Origin: Octopus sinensis
Lineage: Eukaryota
Assembly (NCBI RefSeq): GCF_006345805.1
Contig: NC_042998.1
Span: 158,348,001 to 158,412,000 of the forward strand
DNA: 64,000 nucleotides
Reading direction: 5' to 3'
The notes beneath the pieces are model-generated. The model was not told the DNA's origin. It ran no database searches and was given only the letters and a program-made list of their open reading frames with translations. Both the position numbers and the translations under genes were made by a program. The stretch's first letter is position 1, and every line of letters starts with the position of its first letter. Shown piece by piece: positions 50,914-64,000 of this stretch.

Positions 50914-51335
50914 TACGCAAGCACTCCTACGCACATTCTTCTTAATGTTTGGCCCAGGATTTGCATGCTTATATCAGTGCGGGAAAAATGCATGTAACAC
51001 CGGAGCGTTCACTCTTGGGTGCAGGCAGGAGAAAGTTTAATGGAAGACAAGCCGTCGCCCAAGTAGTCATTCTCTCCTCTCCACTCTATTGATGTTATTT
51101 AATCTAAGCTGATACAACTTGGAAACAGTGGAGAAATTGATGGCAATGTCAGATGTTTACATAGTGAAACTTGTTTCTACTTCTCTGTAGATTAAATCGA
51201 AACCCCATACCTGGCTGGTAGTAGTTAAGTACTAGAAGATTGTTGACCAGAGCATGATTGGTATGCAGAATATAATGAACCAAAATATACAAAATGTCAT
51301 TTTGTATATGTTGTGGGATTATCCATAAACGCACT

Positions 51336-51449
51336 AGATCTGACTGGCCTGGTGCAGCCTTCGAGCTTGCCAGACCCCAGTTGAACCGTCCAACCCATGC
51401 TAGCATGGAAAGCGGACGTTAAACGATGATGATGATGATGATGATAATG

Positions 51450-51450
<1 letters not shown>
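51336..51450 (+). mobile_element. RTE-type LINE/SINE 3' tail with (GAT)n
   Basis: gaaccgtccaacccatgctagcatggaaagcggacgttaaacgatgatgatg (ccatgc-ta-gcatgg stem-loop plus tail). Confidence 0.75.
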
Positions 51451-51502
<52 letters not shown>

Positions 51503-52032
51503 GTATATGTATATGTATGTATGTATGTATGTATGTATGAATGTATGTATACATTGACATACAACCAAACAGACACTCACACGCACACAAATAGACACAC
51601 ACAAACACACATACCTACACACACGACATGCACATTGTTCTAGTTATCATAACATCATTATCTATTTATCAGTTGATATTTGCTGATTTCCTGAACACTT
51701 ACATGGTTTTGCAAGTAGAATGAATTTAAGGAGAGAAATAAGATAAAATCATTCTTTACCGATGAAATAATTCGGATATCATTTCTTAACCAGTTACGTC
51801 ATTACAAAATTGAGCTGGACGCACCGTTTCACACAAAACTGCTGAGCGTTTTGATCGACGTAAAAAGCGAGACCTACCGGAAAGATGATATCAGTCACTT
51901 CATATAATCAAACGTATCTTCCATACTGCACTCGCAATTCAGTTTTCTTTTACTGCTTTCTTTTTCAGAAAGATTGCTAGTATTTAATTACTGATAAGAG
52001 TGAAAAATGTACAAATACAATTAGTGTTTATC

Positions 52033-52069
<37 letters not shown>

Positions 52070-52132
52070 GTGTGTTTGTGTGTGTGTGTATGTGTGTGTG
52101 TATGCGTATGCATGTGCGTGTGTATATATATA

Positions 52133-52440
52133 TAATATATGATATGATGGCGTGGATGTGTGGTAAGGAGCAAGCTTCCCAACCACATGGTTCCGGGTTC
52201 AGTTTCACTGCGTGGCACCTTCGGCAAGCATATTAATATATATAAAACATTAATATATATAAATATACGACGGGCTTCTTTCAGTTTCCATCTACCAGAT
52301 CCACTCACAAGACTATGGTTGGCCTGAAGCTGTAGTAAAATATACTTGCCCAAGGTGCCACGCAGTGAGACTGAACCCGGAACCATGTGGTTGGGAAGCT
52401 AGCTCCTTACCACACATCCACGCCATCATATCATATATTA
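52133..52440. mobile_element. Inverted pair of tRNA-SINE heads (local inverted duplication)
   Basis: Arms 52133-52234 and 52339-52440, with 4 mismatches by eye. Confidence 0.85.
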
Positions 52441-52442
52441 CA

Positions 52443-52486
<44 letters not shown>

Positions 52487-52487
52487 T

Positions 52488-52523
<36 letters not shown>

Positions 52524-52574
52524 CGTATGTATGTATGCGTGTATGTATATATATAAAAGATATAATATAATATA

Positions 52575-52616
<42 letters not shown>

Positions 52617-52682
52617 ACATGTATATTGTCAATTTTGTGTTTTTGGTCTATCATTATCCTGTTAATGTCCAAGATCATATAT

Positions 52683-52825
52683 ACACGACGGGTGTCTTTG
52701 TTTCCATCTACCAATCCACTCACGAGGCTATAGTAGAAGACAGCTGCCCAAGTTTCAGTGAGACTGAACCCGTAACTATGTGGCTGGGAAGCAAGCTTAT
52801 TATCACCTAGCCTCACCTGCGCCTA
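52683..52825 (-). mobile_element. tRNA SINE 5' half
   Basis: gctatagtagaagacagctgcccaag..gactgaaccc..ggaagcaagctt. Confidence 0.75.
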
Positions 52826-53462
52826 TTGTTATATTTATATTTATATGAGCGTAATGAGGGTTGGTCGCAGAAATGGTATAAAACCAGACAACATATTTTT
52901 GTGCTATGCGGTTATAGTCCTTATGTTATGTGATGAGATTACACTTCGGCCAACTTTGGCTATCATCCCTCAGTGGTCGATATTATAAGTACTGATAGTA
53001 AACAAAAGTCAGCTCTATCGACTGAATCATTACCCCATTATATGTAGCATCATTACTTAAACCCACACATTGTAACTACTGACAAGAACTTCATAAAACT
53101 AGAATGGAAAACTATACAGTATTTGGCAACGTAATGTTCTCATGCTTTTTATTAATACTCATCCCTTCTCTCTCATTACTTCAAGTTAGTGCCGAATCCA
53201 ACTTGCAATTGCAACAGCTAATACAGTACCAAAGGGACATTCATTACATGCAAAATAATTTTTGCCTGCTCATGCACCTTTTGTAACATCTAGATGATTA
53301 ACCAACGTAAGGCACTGTTGCTAGGGTTCATAATCATGCTTATAATGATGTCAGTGATAAAGATGACACCGACGATTATTATGTTAATGGTTACGATTGT
53401 GAGGGAGGAAGAGGAGATTTGTATGAATGTGTGTATGTAAAAGTGAACGTGTGTGCATGTGT

Positions 53463-53549
<87 letters not shown>

Positions 53550-53920
53550 CGTGTATCAAATAAAATGCCTGGTTGATAAATAATTGGATAACCTTGATTC
53601 CTGAGTTGATATTCAGTACGTGCAGCCTGCATGTTTGTGTGTCTCTGAACAATATCCATAGTTCAAAGTGAAGCTTAGACAATCGAATGGTAAACAACAG
53701 AAATGAAATAGATCCAAAATCAACCAGTTTTAAATTAATTAAGGCAAGGATATTAAATCCGACATTACTAGTGATGATCAACGTTGGCAACGATCTCACG
53801 GAGATTTATCTTGTTTTACGATCACAAATATAATCTACTGATAGGTAACATTTTGTATCAGTGCTTAACGAGACTAATGACTAAAGATTAATATTTAATA
53901 GGCACCGCATTTAAGCCTCA

Positions 53921-54296
53921 TCTCTCTATATATAAACGGCAGTTTGTCTGTGCGTTTTCTGTGTGTCTGTTTTCTCGTATCCTCACCCTGACCCGCCTTT
54001 CAACCGATTCTGATGAAACTTGACACACACATAGCCCCAATGTCATAATTCAAAACTAACGCAGCGAAAATTTTGAAAAGTTCCCCCCAGTTCTGAAAAA
54101 AATCGATAAATTCGACATGGGGTCGAGAATCAGACCCAACCGCAGACCGTCTAGGGGACGCAACTCCACCTTTTTTAACTCTCAAAAGAATTTACCATCA
54201 TTTTTTTCCCATTTTTGCTATTTTTTGGCTATAGCTCTAAAAATGCTTTATAGTTATTTCCCTTACAAACCTGAGCAACGCCGGCGATACTGCTAG
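53921..54296 (+). mobile_element. Non-autonomous Helitron (376 bp)
   Basis: A|TCtctctatatataaacggcagtttgtctgt... 3' hairpin cctgagcaacgccgg, then CTAG|T. Inserted at AT with no TSD. Confidence 0.85.
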
Positions 54297-54789
54297 TCTT
54301 GAATAAAACATCAATCCCTAACAAGTGATACTTTTAGAATGTCTACTGTCTAATCTCGTGGGACAGTATAGAGAATTAAGTATGCTGTCGCAAAACAGTA
54401 GAACCATTCCCGTCGATTCGAAAGCAAATCCCTTTAACCAGTATAACTAAGCCATTTGACTTTGATATGGAATCAAGTGTGTAAGCCTAATTCAGCTGGT
54501 TAGACTTGTCACTCACTATATCACGTTGTTTCTGAATGTGCATCACATTAAGGATAGATGTTTCTGTGACATATAAAGCCACTTAGCCTATTGTCAATGA
54601 GCTAGCAGTTCTGTTACAGAAAACTCGTCGAAGTGGCGGATCCATTTACTTAGAAAATGGTGTGTTAATTTTTATCAGTGGCAAGAGCAAGATTTTCACT
54701 TGTCTTTAATATATATCAGTGATTGACTGGGGTCTATCTTTATGTCCCATAACAGGCGAATTGTCCCAATGGGCAAGGTCACAGTGTAA

Positions 54790-55020
54790 CTAAATGCTAC
54801 AAAGCATTTTGTTATCGGCTCTAGTGATTATGCTATTTTGTCGCCCTTTGTATAAAAGAAATATTCATTTCAAACTGAGGCACAAGGCTTCAAAATTTAC
54901 GTGTGTGTAGTAGGTTATATGCAGCTCAGTCCTTGAATGGTAATTATTTTACCAAACGCAAAAGGATAAAATGAAAAGTTGACTTCGACGAGATTTGAAC
55001 ACTGAGCGTAAATGACCGTA
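54790..55020 (-). mobile_element. Degenerate Meta/MESC-like SINE(s)
   Basis: ggcacaaggc..aaaggataaaa..aaagttgacttcgacgagatttgaac. Confidence 0.6.
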
Positions 55021-55959
55021 TCAAAAATGTTTTATTGGGTTTTCTACATAAATCTCCAACTCCATCTTCGTACAAATGAAATATTTCTAAAATGGTAAAA
55101 CAAAAATAAAAAAAGATAAAATTTCCGTAGTCCTATCTTTGTCTAGAAGAAAATGTTAAAAATGAGAAAATATAAAGGAAGGAAATTAATAAATACTCCA
55201 TTAAAATTTTAACTCATAGAAACAGAAGCTGGACTTTTGTATTAACTGTGTACTCAGTGTATCAAATTATTTGAATATGATAAACGTTTACCATTATGCT
55301 GATTCTCCGGAACTACTATACCAGAATTCCACAAGAAGAATCAAACAAAAATACCGTGAAAACAGAATGTCTACACTTGGTATCTCTCCAACCTTTAACA
55401 TAATTTCTTAGTAATACGTGTCTTGTGTGGATCGTATTTCAAACGGATAATAGCATCTTTGATTGAATTAGCCAAGCATCTAATGAATACCTGAACCTTA
55501 ATAATTTCTTCACCGCTTACTAACGCATTCTATTGGTAAAAACAATCACTTCTTTCTTTCTTTCTACGTTTCTTTCTTTCCTTCTTTTCTTCGTTCTTTC
55601 TTTCTTTTTTTCTTAGCTGGCAAGTTTCTAAATTATATGACATTCATTTATCGCGTTCTGTCATTCCATTACACAACAACCAACTCCACCATACTTCTTT
55701 CCTTTTCACTCTAAAATATCTTCCGCTCTATCCCACCCCACGTATAATTCTTTAACTATCATTTAGGGAATAATATTATCCTCGATAGTTGAGTGGTGGG
55801 TGTATTTAAAACAGCCTACGCCCCTCCTTTCTCGTTTTCCTCTCTCCATCTCTCACCGTTCTCTTATTCACTCTCACCGTCGCTATAAATACTTCCGCCA
55901 TTTTACTATTATAAATTCCTCTCATTTGCTATCTGCGTTGCTTCACGAATCTACACAAC

Positions 55960-56031
<72 letters not shown>

Positions 56032-56377
56032 GCTTCTTTCTCTCTCTCTTCCTCTCCTTCTCTTTTACCATATCCTTTAACTCAGCTCTTCTTTAACTTT
56101 CTCTAATTCCATTAAACATTCCTTCTCATTATTTTCTTCCCTTTTATCTCTTAATTTAAATATATATATATATGCACACACACACAAACATATGTACCCG
56201 ACAATGCGAAATTAGACGCATTTCTGTGTACACGATAGAAAGCAAGATATTGAATTATCGATATTCATGCCTTTCCATAAGAAATTTAAGTGGAACAAAT
56301 TCAAGCTGTAACCAATAATACACCTTGAAGCAGCCTACATTGAAATAAACAGACAGACAGACAAATGAAGTGTGTGC

Positions 56378-56411
<34 letters not shown>

Positions 56412-56746
56412 TAAAGAGAGAAAAGAGAAGGAGCAGGGACAGAGGGAAAGAGACTGAGATAGAAAGACAAAGATAATTTTCACAGTTGATTTCATCTCGT
56501 CTGTTCTAGTTGACTCCTTTCTGGGCATCTCACTTTACCTGCTCTTTCTCTCTCCTCATAGACAAACACACACACATAGACACACACGTATGTGTGTGTG
56601 TTTGTAGATATATACATGCGCGCACACACACACACATATATATACATACCTACGTGCATACATACACACATACATACATACATACATACATACATACACA
56701 CACACATACATACATACATACATACATACATACATACATACATACA

Positions 56747-56777
<31 letters not shown>

Positions 56778-58954
56778 GAATATCCATATATGTGTGCATA
56801 TGCGTATGTGCATAAGTGTGCCTTTGTGTATACGTATGTGTTAGTGTTCATCCTTGTGCGTGATGTATGTCTGTTTTCTTGGTGTATATGTAATCCTCCT
56901 GGCTATACTTCACTAAGTCTTTCTCTCATATCTTTCTCTTATACTCATTCATCCACTCTCACCCCTCTTTTACATACCCACATTCTGGCTTATTATCCCA
57001 GATACTCAATTATATACAAAAACTCCAGCCGTTTCCCTAACTTAATTTTTTTGCATCATATATTTTATCAATGAGATGTTATCTGAAATCCATTTTGCAA
57101 TATTAAATCGGCGAAGATTTACCACTTTACGACAATGACGGAATCGTTTCCTTTTTACTTAGAAACTAAATAAGACTGTAAAGTTGTCCACCACTACCTA
57201 CTGCTATCTTTCACCACCACACCACATACTTTTACTACTGTAAATATTTATATGTGGTGATTGATTGTATTTTCGTACCGTAAGTATATATCTATAACAA
57301 ATGTTCACTAAAATACGTGCCGCTGGCTAAGCTTGCATTCATTAGAGATATTTCTGACTTATCTCGCATCATTTATTCAGTATATTAAGCTTAACTGTAC
57401 TCTCATGCCTTATGACTGCTATTTCAGGAATAGTTGGACACTAGCCTCATCGATCCTATGCGAAAAAAATATGGCTTCACGTTATGCTAGCCACGCCACA
57501 TGTTAATTACTGGATCCTACTGATCTTAATAATGATTACATTCCCATCAATAATACATGATACTTTAATGGCACAAATTAATTATAATAAGAATTATATA
57601 AAGAATTCATACGTTGCCTTGTTTTCTTGTGTAAAACATTTTTTTTCACGTTGCACCAGTCCACTCAGCTGCAATCGACTGGCGTTCGATTCAGGAGGAA
57701 CTGCCCGCTTAGTTAGCTGGGTGGCACCACTCGAATGCTACAAAAAGGTGAGAAAGCACTTCGTAATCAGAGGTGTATAACAACTTCTGGTAGTCTAGTC
57801 GATATACAAAAAGCAGTGATATTTTAATCACTGTTACATGCTACTTTCTCGTATATACTAATCATGATAGTACGAGTTCCCTTCACAGACCGGACCTTCA
57901 TCAGACACTTGGTACATTTTACAGAAACATGCGTCACAGACAACGCAGCAACATTCATAGCTGTGCACTATGATAGGGTATAACCTGCTGACTGGATATC
58001 AATGTCTCGTATCCTACCACTAGCTACTTGATGTGTATCTGACGAAAACAATTCACTCTTACACTCACTCTGCCTATCTGAAAATAAGTACCCTACTGAG
58101 GGAGTTTCACTGCTATGAACGTCAGGAGCATTTTATAATTCTTGAAATTTAAGATTGTTTCCAGTTTTATGACGAAATCTTGCCAGCTGTTACCGGAGAC
58201 TCGACGAAGTTATACAACAATTATCCATGAAAGTATCTGATATATTGAATGAATGTATGTAAATGCGAGAGTATGTATTTAAGTATACGTGCGCGTGCAC
58301 ACATACACACATACGGGCACAAACACATGCATAATTATAGGCAAAGAAGGCAGACAGAAGTAGGCAAATATGTGTAAGGTAATGAAGTGGCTGTTTGATG
58401 CCAGACTAGGTTCTTTATGACATCAAAATTAAACACTGAATTCTGAGTCAGAATAATCAACAAGGTTCATTTCGTTCGAAAATAGCTTGATAAAATAAGT
58501 AATTTCTCGGGATTAAATTGGCTAAAGAATCCCCAACAGCGTATGTCTTTGGAATAAGTAGAGTATTAACCTCAGTGTTATTTGGGATTATATTTCTACG
58601 AATTTGTAGCGACCAGTTTTATCTAAGATCTCAGTCCATGATGAAAGAGCGCCGCGTAGTTTCGATTTATTTTTCTATACTCACCATTAACGTTATTATT
58701 CTAGAGAAATGTGTGAAAATTACATAATCGCTAAACCTTCCGGCTAATGAATTAAACTCTATCATGGTCACTAGAACTTCTACAAAATGCAACCAGGTAT
58801 CTCTCAAATGACATCCTCCCGTCTTAAAGAATGGTCTATTGGACATTTCAGTCCTAGTTGATATTTGAAGCTATTGATAGATGACATATGACCATTGCTC
58901 CACCTAATTAGGGTTTTTCTTCAGCTTAGTAACGGAAGCAAGAGCAGTTTGTAA

Positions 58955-59170
58955 TAACTCTTTCTACTGTAGGCACAAGTCCTGAAATTTTAGGGAAGGG
59001 GACTAGCCGATTACATCGACCTTAGTGTTCGACTGGTAATTTTTTCATTGATTCCAAAAGGACGAAAAGCGAAGTCGACCTCGGTGGAATTAGGACTCAG
59101 AACATAAGACGGACGAAATAACATTAATCATCTTATCCGGAATGCTAATAATTCTGTTAGATCACTGCCT
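58955..59170 (-). mobile_element. Meta/MESC-like SINE
   Basis: tttctactgtaggcacaag..aaaggacgaaaagcgaagtcgacctcgg. Confidence 0.8.
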
Positions 59171-59178
59171 TGTTGTTG

Positions 59179-59237
<59 letters not shown>

Positions 59238-59791
59238 GAGTGAGAGAGCAGTTCATGCCATCAAAGTGACACTGGGGTGAAATATACGAAGCCCAATATA
59301 CCCATCATGACTACCCGTCTGATAAGGGTACACCAGGCACATGCATCACAACCATATGTGCGCGACATGGTGATCTCATATCAAGATAAACAGCACATGA
59401 CCTTGCAGTTGGGGCCCAGTTAGAATTTTCTTCAGGTTGAGTTGCCCATCCCGCTCAAAAGGTCCCTGAATAAGGGTTGTTTAAGGATGTTGAAAGAACC
59501 ACCCATGTTTCCAGAGGTGAATTATTCAAACTCCAAAGAATCCCTCTCAACACATGGCTATGATGCTCCCCCACTACTTCTGCTCGTGATCAGAGATGCA
59601 CACATCGTCAGCCACTAAGGGACATGCTCAACTGGTTAAAGTCAAACAACTGACAAGCAAATCTGTGGTATTGAGCAGAATATTTGCTGTAGCCCATCTT
59701 TTATACCAAGACAAAACAATGTACATGATAACACTTCCAATCAGTTAAGATCAGAAGCCATGAGAGCCACTGCCTGGTACTGCATCAGGGC

Positions 59792-59795
<4 letters not shown>
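59238..59795 (-). mobile_element. ~550-bp (AAT)n-embedded element, full-length copy
   Basis: Most complete-looking copy, with (ATT)n on both sides. Confidence 0.88.
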
Positions 59796-59861
<66 letters not shown>

Positions 59862-59879
59862 TTTATTTTTATTATTATT

Positions 59880-61142
59880 TAAGACATCGCACAGTATCCA
59901 ATATTGTGATGTTGTTAATTGAAGTTATTGTGTCTACTGGGGTTTGTACTGTCTGTCATGTCACAACAAGGACCTCAGACAGATAGTGCTTTACGCAATA
60001 TGCGTGCTGTTCCAAGTAATGCCGATTTTTGCAATACGCCTAGATTGCACGGTATTTCTAAAGTTTCCAGATGTTTCCTCAGGTTGGGTGGTATTGAAAC
60101 CAAAGCTCCGATGACAATAAGGACAAACTTTATATTTTACTCTCGTAGCTGCCACATCTTTGCGGTCTCAATTGTCAGTTCTCCATATTTATCAATCAAT
60201 TTTTTTTTCTTTCATGATAATATGTTGATCTTCTGGAGTCAAAGTCCCATAGGATTTTTACCTTCCCCTTTTCGTCCATTACCTGGTGTATGTTGGTGCC
60301 AAGCACCCGCCACGTCATATCCAAACTCCCGGCATAGTAGCCAGTGAAGTTTTTGCGCTACCTTGTCGTGTCTGTGCGTGAACACTTTCTGCGCAAGACT
60401 TTCACAAGCACTAACAATGTGAGTCACACTTTCGACCCCCTTTCCACACATTTTGCAGAAGTTTATTGCACTTGTGTGGTATATATCTCTTTTCATGGAG
60501 TTGATATTCAATGCCTGATCCTGGGCAGCGATGATTTGGTTTTCAGTCTTCTTTTTTTATGTCACCCTTGCTGAGTCGCATCCATTGGTGCTTCCTGATC
60601 TTTTAAGTTGTTAGTTTCACGGTGAAGCTTACCATGTAATTTCATGCGTAACAGAGTTTCTTCTCTCTCATTGGCTATTTGTGTTCGGAATTCATTAGCA
60701 CTCTCAAGTCCATTTTTGGTAAATCTTGCTGCATTAGCAACATACTGTAGCAGGTCTTGTTTGCTATTTATCAAATACTCTGCCATGCTTCTTCTTTCAC
60801 TTTTGGTGCACTCCCGTACGCTAATCAGCCCGCGCCCACCTTTACACCTCTTCATATAGAGCTTGTGTACGTTCGCCTTCAGGTGGAAGGCACCGTGCAA
60901 TGTCATTGTCTTTCGGGTTGTGCGATCGAGTTGGTTAATCTCCGCTCGTGTTCATTTCAGGATGGGTGCACTACAGTGGACTACAACAACAGCACATGTG
61001 TTGATGGCAGTCACAAGGTTCCCTCAGTTGAGTTTTGATTTCAAGATCAGTTTGAGGCGCATGAAATACGCAATGATGACCTTGTCTTTTATTTCCCTCT
61101 GCCAGATATTGTCCAGCTCCAGGATACCAAGATACTTGTACC
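59880..61142 (-). mobile_element. R4/Dong-type retrotransposon, different family, 5'-truncated and degenerate
   Basis: YKYLGILELD, HGAFHLKANVHKLYMKRCKGGRGLISV, KLHGK, CKMCGKGVESVTHIVSAC..RHDKVA, ALLGTARILRKAL. Confidence 0.9.
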
Positions 61143-61194
61143 ATCATCATCATCCGGGTCTTTCATTTTTACTCCATTTGCCAATTCTATGCCC

Positions 61195-61278
<84 letters not shown>

Positions 61279-61315
61279 GTTATTATTGTTATTATTACTA
61301 TTATTATTATTATTA

Positions 61316-61347
<32 letters not shown>

Positions 61348-61354
61348 TATTATT

Positions 61355-61849
61355 GAGTGAAACAGCAGCGCATGCCATCAAAGTGACACTAGGGTACAAA
61401 TATACGAAATCCAACATACACATCATGATTACCCGTCTGATAAGGATACACCAGGCACATGCATCACAACCATATGTGCGCGGCATGGTGATCTCATATG
61501 ATAAACAGCGCATAACTTGCAGGTGTAGCCCAGTTAGAATTTTCTTCTTGTCGAGTGGCCCATCCCACTCAAAAGGTCCCTGAATAAGGTTTGTTTAAGT
61601 ATGTTGTATAAAACATCCATGTTTCCAGAGTTGAACTATTCAAACACCAAAGCATTCCTCTCAGCACGTAGTCATGATTCTCCCCTACTACTTCTGCCTG
61701 TGATCGGAGATGCACATATTGTCAGCCACCAAGGGACACTGGTTAAGGTCAAACAATTGACAAACAAATCTGTGGTATCGAGCAAAACATATACATGATA
61801 ACACTTTCAGTCGTCATGAGAGCCACTGCCTGGTACTGCATCAGGGCAT
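61355..61849 (-). mobile_element. ~550-bp element, older copy with internal deletions
   Basis: Same termini, between (ATT)n tracts. Confidence 0.85.
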
Positions 61850-61860
61850 GATTATTAATC

Positions 61861-61975
<115 letters not shown>

Positions 61976-61977
61976 TA

Positions 61978-63095
61978 GTAATAGTCTTATTCTTATCACG
62001 TGCTTTCACTGCACTATCGAATGCAGCTCTGTATGCCTTGGATATGTGCTGTGGTTTGTTGTGATGCTCTATTTTTTCTGTATTGAAAATGTTTTGCGTA
62101 GGATGTCCGCGGTGTCTAGTAGTTCTATTTTCTGTATGTCATATATACTTGTTAGTCCTAGTGTTTTTCTTATGTATTTGTCTGAATATTTTTTTATCAT
62201 ATCTAATGCGCCTACAATAGGGATTGTTTCTGTTTTTAGACTACACATTCGAGTTACCTCTTTGTCCCGATCCATGTATTTTGAAAGTTTTTCTGTTCCT
62301 TTTAGAGAAACATTGTCATCTGCTGGTATTGATATATCAATTAGAAAGCATTTTTTCTTGATGATCTCTGACAAATATACCCCGTCTATTGGCCTTAATT
62401 TCTCTATCTGTGTGTATTGGCATATCCTAGAGTATGGTTGCTTTCTCACTTTCTGTGACATTTTCTGACGTTTACCTATAACATCTTTTTTTCTGCTTTT
62501 ATTCCGTTGTGTTGGCATGGCTTCCAGTGTATATAGGTCTCAACTCTGTCGTGTTTGTGAATATATTTCTACTTAGCCAGGACTGGGCAGTCAGAGACAA
62601 TATGATTTACTGTTTCTTCTCCATATCCACATGTTCTGCAGTTAGCTGTATTTCTTTTCCTTACATGTTTTGGTAATTTCTGGTGGGAAGGCGTTGATCT
62701 TGTGCCGCAATTAAAAATCCTCCAGTCTCTGCTTTGAGTTCTGAGGTTCTCAGCCATTGTTGGGATTTTACTTTGCCTATTTCTTTTCTGTTTAGTTTCT
62801 TGCCATCGTTTTATAATGATGCGCAGCTGTTCCAGTTATAGTTTGGATTTCAGTTGTTTTACAGTTTTAGTTGTTTCTTCTTTTTCTTCATAGTTGTTAG
62901 GCATTATGACTTTATTTCTGTATTTGTCAACTTCCTTAAAGACTGAAAACAGTTTTTTTTTGTTTTGTTCGTGTTTTGTGGGAATTTATATTAGTTTTCC
63001 TTGCTTCTGAAGTAGATATTTCTGCAGTCCTATTTATTTTGTAATAGGTTTCTAGCAGTATAAGGTCTCTACCACCTTCGATACGTTGTATATAT
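61978..63095 (-). mobile_element. R4/Dong copy of the same family as 29472-32460, 5'-truncated
   Basis: CRTCGYGEETVNHIVSDC, KKCFLIDISIPADDNVSLK, and a matching 3' UTR (agagcatcacaacaaaccacagcacat..gtgaaagcacg). Confidence 0.92.
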
Positions 63096-63116
63096 TTATT
63101 ATTATTATTATTATTA

Positions 63117-63197
63117 CTTTTTTTTCTTCTTTCAAATTTGCTTCCATTTCTTGCCGGTTGTCTTCCCGACTCCTAGGGCAAAGAAACTCATAGTATA

Positions 63198-63200
<3 letters not shown>
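63117..63200 (-). mobile_element. ~80-bp probable retroelement 3' end between (ATT)n tracts
   Basis: Unique island with an A-rich end on the minus strand, in the same context as neighbouring R4/Dong pieces. Confidence 0.4.
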
Positions 63201-63287
<87 letters not shown>

Positions 63288-63462
63288 GTTTATATATTTG
63301 TTTTGCAAGATTTTTTATGTGAAATCGTGTGTTGAAACAGATTCTGTTGTATTTAGGAATGGTCATTTTGCCAGTTTAGCCAATAAAAACACACGCACTA
63401 TATATTTGGTGCTACTTTGGTTCAGCGTTATTCTTTTTTTACATTAATCTTAATCTTATTTC

Positions 63463-63506
63463 GGCCAGAGTACTTTCGTTACATTCATGTGACCTCATCA
63501 GTGGTC
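63463..63506 (-). ncRNA. Minimal hammerhead ribozyme-like motif (Penelope pLTR)
   Basis: gacca-CUGAUGA-ggucacaugaauguaac-GAAA-guac-UC-uggcc. Palindromic stem III (AGUACU). Confidence 0.65.
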
Positions 63507-63755
63507 CTTTGCTTTCTTCTTTCTTATTTGTGTGTCTCTCCTTACTAACGGTCAGCCATTTTGTATTTTGTATTCCTATTGTATGTATCTTCATTTGCGC
63601 ATGCGTATACCTCTATATGTGTCTACGTTTAGTTAGTGTGGGTGTGTGGGGGGAAGTGCCTGTAATATTTGTATCTCCTGTTTATATACGTTCATGTAAT
63701 TTTTTTTTGTTCTTGTTTTTGTTTAGTTTTATTCTGTTCATGCGTTTACACCTAC

Positions 63756-63816
<61 letters not shown>

Positions 63817-63824
63817 TACTACTA

Positions 63825-63868
<44 letters not shown>

Positions 63869-64000
63869 TATTATTATTATTATTGCTATTTTTAATGTAT
63901 ATATTTATTTACTTCCATTTGTTTATTTATCAGTGTATTTTATTTTATTATGTTTGTAGTTTTGCTTATATTGTAAAGGCATCCCCACAAGAGAGTACTC

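Noticed and set aside
57870-57912. Hammerhead on the minus strand (CUGAUGA plus hairpin)
   Set aside because: No GAAA or stem III follows.

Overview
AT-rich, microsatellite-saturated eukaryotic (animal) genomic DNA. The SINE and LINE repertoire looks like a coleoid cephalopod, probably Octopus (inference from remembered repeat families, not a search). I find no convincing host gene, and nearly all ORFs in the track are microsatellite artefacts or transposon remnants. Recognisable elements: several R4/Dong-type RLE non-LTR retrotransposons sitting in (AAT)n, six copies of a ~550-bp non-coding element also confined to (AAT)n, RTE/RTEX-like and CR1-like LINE remnants, a LINE ORF1 remnant, a Naiad-like Penelope element plus several Penelope pLTR fragments with minimal hammerhead ribozymes, a full-length irritans-type mariner, a Tigger/pogo element, a composite and a non-autonomous Helitron, many tRNA-derived SINEs, and one 100-N gap. 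Most notable: (i) an apparent (AAT)n-specific autonomous/non-autonomous retroelement system that builds same-orientation arrays; (ii) an exact 62-bp inverted templated insertion copied from a site about 4.3 kb upstream into the Dong ORF; (iii) a Helitron carrying another Helitron's 5' part in antisense; (iv) a LINE with an inverted 5' half.
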